From the NCBI GenBank assembly GCA_963693365.1, contig CAVNZM010000009.1, positions 7,235,408 through 7,299,407 on the forward strand: 64,000 nucleotides of DNA. The letters are read 5' to 3'. The first letter of the stretch is position 1; every line of letters begins with the position of its first letter. The notes under the pieces are model-generated. The model searched no databases. It was given only the letters and a program-made list of their open reading frames with translations, and was not told where the DNA came from. Source of the stretch: Amoebidium appalachense. Lineage: Eukaryota > Protista > Ichthyosporea. Shown here piece by piece: positions 60,940 to 64,000 of this stretch. The position numbers were made by a program, and so were the translations under genes.

Positions 60940-61751
60940 TCTCGCTTGTATGCTACCATGCAGTGCATTTTTTGTGTCAACATAGGACGAACCATAGGAT
61001 GTTGAGAATGAAAGAAAACCCGTTATTCTATTCCCGGCCTTAACAAAGCTTAGTAACTACAGTGGTAGTAATGGTAAATATTTATGTTCCACTTTTCTTT
61101 TTTTCATTATTTATGTTCTTTTGTTGTTCTTGTACGGGTTCTATCCCAAAAGCCCCGAAATTAAGCAACAATATTTAAAACAAAATCAGCACAGAAATGC
61201 AAGGTTATGTATATGCCCCGCCGCATGTGTGCATTTAAGCTTAAAAACTTCATTTTATTGTTTTAATGCTCCTTTACTGTCTGTGACAGCATATATACAT
61301 TGAATGCAAATAGTCCTGCATAACACCAAATTCTCTGGTTTTTCTGATTATGGATCCCACCACCCAATGCGTCTCCCTTTTTTTTTTTTTTTTTTTTTTT
61401 TTCCCTTTTCTGCCCCTTTCGCCGGACAGTGGGAATGGTAGTGGTGGTGAGTCACGTGCGCTCACCGGTTGGTAGCGCGGTGTTCCCCCCGGGGGAGGGG
61501 GGGGGGGGGGGGGGGGGGGATGGATCTCATAGTGAAGCTGGCGCCCATGAAGTGGCACTGAGAAACTTGGCAATGCGGTTACGGTGGAATCACATACCGC
61601 CACCTCCGTGTCGATGCAGACACGAACTCCTACTTGCTTAACAAGGCCACACATTATCCTAATTTATTCAAAAGCACTCGAGTGCTTGCATGTTTTTTTT
61701 TGGCGCCACCTCATGATTCGTGTGTGTGTGTGTGTGTGTGTGTGCACGTGT

Positions 61752-61858
<107 letters not shown>

Positions 61859-62561
61859 AGGAAGGAATCATAAGCCTTAGTGATTATGCAAAAAAGATCC
61901 GCGACTGAGTCTGTCTGTACCCCCCCCCCCCCCCCCCCCCCCCCCCGCTTTCCCCCCTTCCCCTGTCCCTAGCTCCATTTACCCGAACCCTATTTCAAAA
62001 AAGGAAAAAACTATGAAAACTTTTTGCTTCAGATGATGAGAGCGCCTCTCTCATACTCACATACACAAGCAATTCGCATTAACGACTATGATTGAAGCTG
62101 ATATTAGTGTACCTTACCTGCTCATGCAAAACACATATCATCCACAGTTATCATCATGATGTCAGCCTATATCTGGGTTAAATGATATTTTTATAAAACC
62201 GTTGAAAAAAAGGAATATGCCATGGCCAGCACGTTGATAATTTAAGGAATTTATGTACGAGTGGAAAGCCGGGTGCTCGGGGGTTCAAACGCTGCCAGCT
62301 CGAGGCACAGAAACCAGTCCCAAAAGGGCACTGAGGCTTCCGGGCCATGCTGGGCCCCACCCACAATAGTGCACAGCTGCTGTTCTTTCTTTCTCTTGTT
62401 CTCCCCCTCCCCCCCACCCCCACCCCCACCTCCCCCCCCAAAAAGGAAAGAATAAAAAAAAGAAAGAAAAGGAAAGAAAGAAAGAAAGAAAAGAAGGGTC
62501 TGTCACAGGGTCGCTGAGGGGGAGGGGGCAGGGGAAGAGGAGGGGGGGGGGGGGAGAGAGA

Positions 62562-62606
<45 letters not shown>

Positions 62607-63722
62607 GGGGGGGAGGATTGGCCAGAGGGGAGCGGGAGTGGAAGGACTCAAGCACACGGTGACAGACATGGAAAGGCATGCCATGAATAATAATAAAAAA
62701 GGGGAAAAAAGAAAAAAAGAAAAGAAGGGTCGCTGAGGGGGAGGGGGAGGGATGGGGGGGTTGGCGGAGGAGAGGGGGCGGAGGGGGGGGAGGGGGGGAG
62801 GGGGGAGGGGGGGGGGTTTGGGCGGGGGGGGGGGGGGGGGGGGGGGGGGAGGAGGGGGGAGGGGGAGAGGGGAAGAAGGGAGCTACATCATGACAGACAT
62901 GGAAGGGCATGCCACGAACACAGATTGGCAGACTCCCCAGATCCTGGAAGAGCATGCATCTAGCACCGATTCGGAAACATGGGGTGGAAATGAGGAGAGC
63001 CACCACCTGACGTGTATCCTTCTGGCAGCACCAACAAACTCCTTCTTTAGATATCTACCAACACTCAACACCTGGCCATGGCCAGCTACCAGTAGGAGAA
63101 AATAAAGAAGACATGCCAAAAAAGAGACAACACCATAGCCTCCCCCCCCCCCCCCCCCTCCCCCCCCCCCCCCCCTGTCTCCCCCAAACCCCACTTACCC
63201 ACCCACCCAACCACCTACCCACCCATCCACCACCAAAATTACCCGCACCTAGGCTGTGCGTTTTGGGCCGGATGTGAAGTAGGGCTGGTTTGTCAGCACA
63301 ACAACGGAAATTTTTGAAGGCCATGGCCATGGCCATTGAGATGAAACTTTCGCTATGATAAACATTGTGCTTGTCCTGGCTAAGCTACACCGGGCGTGAT
63401 GTACAGAGTTCTAGTGGTCAATGTGCACTTATAGCCCTTAGCAACTCTGCTTGGCCTAGGTGGACATGGCATCTCGAGTGCATTTGAAATACAATAAGGA
63501 CATAATGGCGGGATCAGCTGCATAAAACATCCATCCAAACTTGTCACAGTGTTCTTGTGCATGCAAAAACAAGAACAAGCTAACTTCACAAAGGGATGTA
63601 TGCCCGGAACGGTTGTTGCGGGCGTCTCTTTCGTTTTTTCCTGGCAGTGTGTGCTACTACACCTCACTTTTGGAATGTTCTTCGAGTTGAACAAAATTTG
63701 ACTTGAATGAGGGCATAATCAT

Positions 63723-63778
63723 GGTGGAATATGATGTCAACACTTTCGTTGGTGGAATATGATGTCAACACTTTCGTT
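63723..63778. repeat. Perfect 28-bp tandem duplication
   Basis: GGTGGAATATGATGTCAACACTTTCGTT x2. Confidence 0.95.
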
Positions 63779-63833
63779 GATCAGTTACATTTATTTTGTT
63801 CTTATTATTACATCTTACTTCCGAGTCACTGTC

Positions 63834-64000
63834 AGCTGCCACTAGCCTTTTTATTTTTAGAAGAAAAATGAAATCTTGAAGTCTGCTAGAGAGCACAGTT
63901 ACTATGCAAGACTCTTAGCTGCCACTAGAGTTTTTATTTTTAGAAGAAAAATGAAATCTTGAAGTCTGCTAGAGAGCACAGTTACTATGCAAGACTCTTA
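63834..64000. repeat. 83-bp tandem repeat, at least 2 copies, reaching the window end
   Basis: AGCTGCCACTAG..TTTTTATTTTTAGAAGAAAAATGAAATCTTGAAGTCTGCTAGAGAGCACAGTTACTATGCAAGACTCTT at 63834 and 63917. Confidence 0.93.

Noticed and set aside
62883-63694. Possible minus-strand gene fragments
   Set aside because: Candidate exons give no recognisable protein; cannot be supported without transcripts.
63723-64000. CRISPR array
   Set aside because: Repeats are directly adjacent with no unique spacers; eukaryotic context, no cas genes.

Overview
Eukaryotic genomic DNA with spliceosomal GT-AG introns, saturated with (C)n/(G)n homopolymers and (CA)n microsatellites; most listed ORFs are artefacts of these repeats. 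I assembled seven intron-containing genes by hand and checked exon phases. They are: a TMEM184/OST-alpha-family transporter (+); a secreted protein of five 8-Cys PSI-like modules (+); a homoserine-O-acetyltransferase-like alpha/beta hydrolase (-, one homopolymer frameshift); a compact archaeal-type Trm5/Met-10 tRNA methyltransferase (+); a ~1286-aa 3xCCCH/CHY zinc-finger protein (-); a PLAC8-family protein (+); and a 14-exon STE20/MST-like kinase (+). Mobile DNA includes a 2-kb non-autonomous hAT-type element with a perfect 8-bp TSD, small fold-back elements and a 5'-truncated Penelope-like RT. The most interesting feature is a family of at least 15 5'-truncated retro-copies inserted into intronic poly-C tracts, always in the host-gene sense orientation. 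Its 3' region contains every hammerhead-ribozyme core element (GUU, CUGAGGA, CGAAAC) with compensatory base changes between subfamilies, but in a non-canonical, pseudoknotted order. All homology calls come from motif recognition, not from database searches.
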